From Phoronis australis (Eukaryota; Animalia; Phoronida): DNA of 64,000 bases. Position numbers and translations under genes: made by a program. The notes below the pieces were generated by a model. The model worked only from the letters and a program-made list of their open reading frames with translations. It made no database searches and had not been told where the DNA came from. Shown here one piece after another: positions 61,501-64,000 of the stretch. The stretch is from NCBI GenBank assembly GCA_002633005.1, contig NMRA01000001.1, positions 901,755 to 965,754 on the forward strand, read 5' to 3'. Position 1 is the stretch's first letter. Each line of letters begins with the position of its first letter.

Positions 61501-63027
61501 TTGTTCAAACTATCTATTTCTTACTGTAACTGCTCCGGTTACTGATCCATGATTTGGCGTATCAATTGTTGACAAATTTTGGTTACCTGCACCGAATCTG
61601 CGCAGCTGATTGCCTTTGGTGCTCAATGTACTATTTATTTTTCTCGGAAGGAGGGTCAACTGTGTATTATTTCCTAGCTTTTATGTCTTGTAAAACAAAA
61701 TGTCGATGGAGATTACCAATGCGGAACGTAAAATCAACGTTTTTGGAAGTAATCGTCTTGCATGGGAGAGAAGGTCTGCCAAAAAGAATAAGTTTGTTAC
61801 GCTTTGGATAATGTGAACGAAGTATCAGGAGTGATGGAACAAAACGTTCCATGGTCTGGGTTCCGTGTTGGGTGTGACACCTCAGTGACGAGTAAAACCC
61901 TGAACACGCTAACAATTGACACATAAAAAGTTCGCCTAACGTGTTAACGTGCAAAACCTGTAATGGTGCGACCTACTAGAATTCCATCATAAAAAACTAA
62001 CCGGTCAAGTGTTACAGACAGATCGGGCAAAAGTGACAATTTAATAAAATGAAAAATAAGTGTCGGAGAGCAAATTAAGGCAATTCACACTCTAAACAAA
62101 ATCACACCTGTTTGGAACCTTTATGCCGCATTCAATAGTAGACCTGATTGTCTGCCGCCTACGTTTAACAAATACTTGCAATCTGTCGTTTGTTTGCGCG
62201 AGGTTTGTCATTCGAAATACATCTGCGTAATTGGCGCGCATTTATTTCATTGGTTGCAATTTGGTACTTCCGCGAATGTGTGGAGGGGATTTATCGTTTT
62301 TGACAGTTAGCGGTCGAATGAAGTCGTTTGAAGCATTTGGTGACATTGTGCATTTAGACTGTTGCCTAGAAATTAGATATTTGGGGTAGGCCAGGTTTGG
62401 CGGCAGTTTTGAGGTAAGCGTTACAAGTAGGTTCAGCGAATCTAGTTTGTGTGTGTTCATGAACATGTTGGGAATGAGAAATAAAAGTCCTCCAGTTGCG
62501 CTAAACTTTCTTCAAAATGACGACCCCTTGTAGCGTTGTTACATTGCTGTTCAGCGACCGAGGAATCTGCTGCGATTTCAGGTAGCCCTCGAACAATCCG
62601 GAATTGTGCAAAATCGTATTGCGGGATGGTAGCATTTTTAGAGCACTCTTGTAGAATCTGTTGGAAATTTTCTTTCCGAATCCAGTGTCAACTCGTGTCG
62701 AGCATTGGCAGGAAAGTATTGATTTGGGACTGAAAACTGTCAATGTTGCGTTTCTGCCACCCTTTTTCGGAACCTCGCTTGGTTTTCGGTGGGCGTGAAA
62801 GGACCATAAAACCGAATGAAGTTTCTGTGGTCCTGTGTCGCGGTTTTGATGTGAAATGACTCGCAACCTTTCACATTGTTCATGGAGTTTTCGACAGAGT
62901 GGAAGAAAAACTGCAAGTCCAGTGACGTGTGCAATGCCAAGCAAAGTCCACTGACTATACTGTGACTCCTTTACTTCGTAATCCTCATCTTACTTAGATC
63001 CGGTCAAATTATTAATGTAACCGGTTA

Positions 63028-63195
63028 CAGGGGCGGATCCAGGATTTTCAGAGTTGGGGGGGGGGGGGTGGAGCATGACATCGTATTAGCCAGGATTTTG
63101 CCCGTCAGACATTCGCACTCTTGAACTGCCAAATGGAATCTGGGAGAATTTTGGGGGGGCATGGTCCCCTTGGCCCCTCTCTAAATCCGCCACTG
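63028..63195. mobile_element. Second copy of the short MITE, 5-bp TSD (GGTTA)
   Basis: ggtta/caggggcggatccag ... ctaaatccgccactg/ggtta. Confidence 0.85.
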
Positions 63196-64000
63196 GGTTA
63201 TTTGTTGACGAAAAAAGCATGGGCATCAAATGCGACCATTTTAGCTTTTGATAATTTCTTCTGCCCCCTTCCTCTTGCAATGGCTTTGCAGCGGACTGTG
63301 ATTCACCAAGTACGGCACTGAATACTTTAACATGGTTATTTAACATTAGTTAACCTCGTACGCTTTATTCACATTTTTATGTAGATATTTAAGGCCCATG
63401 TAAAAACGTGGAGGTAGCGTGACAAAAACATAATAGAGACTAGTGGACAATGACCAGATAAAGCAACAGAGATGACAATATTCTTGATTGCAAAGAAAAT
63501 CAAGCTGGAGTAATCACACGAAATGGAACAGTATTGAGTGTAATTAACTCTGTGTAATTGTAATTTGATTCGGTTATGAAGAGTCGGGTGCTATGAATAA
63601 GCAACAATATAAGAACAGCATAAAACAGCGTTTTAAAATTGATTGAGTACCGACCTAGCCTTTTCCTTACATCTTTTAAGTCCTGTCTGCGATCTTCGAA
63701 TTTTGGATCATTGTCTAGGCACTGCAATTACTAGTATGTGATAGCCGGTGATGAAGTCGAATGCAAAAAACCGGAGACAGCTACCATCCCTTCCACAGTC
63801 ACCATGCACCGCGTATACCGACTGAACTCGTCTGAAGCGCAACAAGTTGATCGGGTCAAAACATACATAAATATGTATAAATATCGTGTTCCACTACAGC
63901 ACCCAGCCACTAAGTCTACCGACTATACCTCCCTGTTGTTTTTTTAGTGTTTAATCTCTCGCTGATGCGAGAAAAGCTGCTCAGTTCGCCAAGCCATGTA

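Noticed and set aside
62501-62944. 147-aa and 66-aa minus-strand ORFs
   Set aside because: No recognisable domain or coherent splice signals; possibly decayed repeat sequence.
1-64000. Remaining 60-150 aa ORFs in the six-frame track
   Set aside because: Mostly alternative-start artefacts, antisense shadows of exons or repeat-derived; no independent support.

Overview
Eukaryotic (animal, invertebrate-like, AT-rich) genomic DNA, not prokaryotic. The first ~41 kb holds the 3' part of a multi-exon Ral GTPase-activating protein alpha subunit gene (RALGAPA1/2 orthologue, + strand; its 5' end lies upstream of the window). I traced 35 coding exons by eye from 787 to a stop at 40689-40691, with consistent splice phases (about 1800 codons). 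They include the RapGAP-type catalytic KLRHLGND motif, a U12-type (minor spliceosome) intron, a 24-nt microexon, a run of symmetric phase-1 cassette exons and a candidate alternative last exon ending in a PDZ-binding motif. About 11 kb downstream on the same strand is an intronless INSM1/nerfin/egl-46-family SNAG zinc-finger gene (52022-53113). Its promoter has a TATA box, a GC box, proneural E-boxes, Sox sites and Hairy/HES sites. The RalGAPalpha-INSM pairing mirrors vertebrate RALGAPA2-INSM1 and RALGAPA1-INSM2. Introns and intergenic DNA carry several non-autonomous transposons: TTAA-flanked foldback elements, 5-bp-TSD CAG...CTG MITEs, a double-hairpin element and a repeat carrying arrays of CTCF-like motifs. 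There is also a candidate minimal hammerhead ribozyme, a decayed exon duplicate and an (AAT/AGT)n microsatellite. All calls are manual; no database searches were run.
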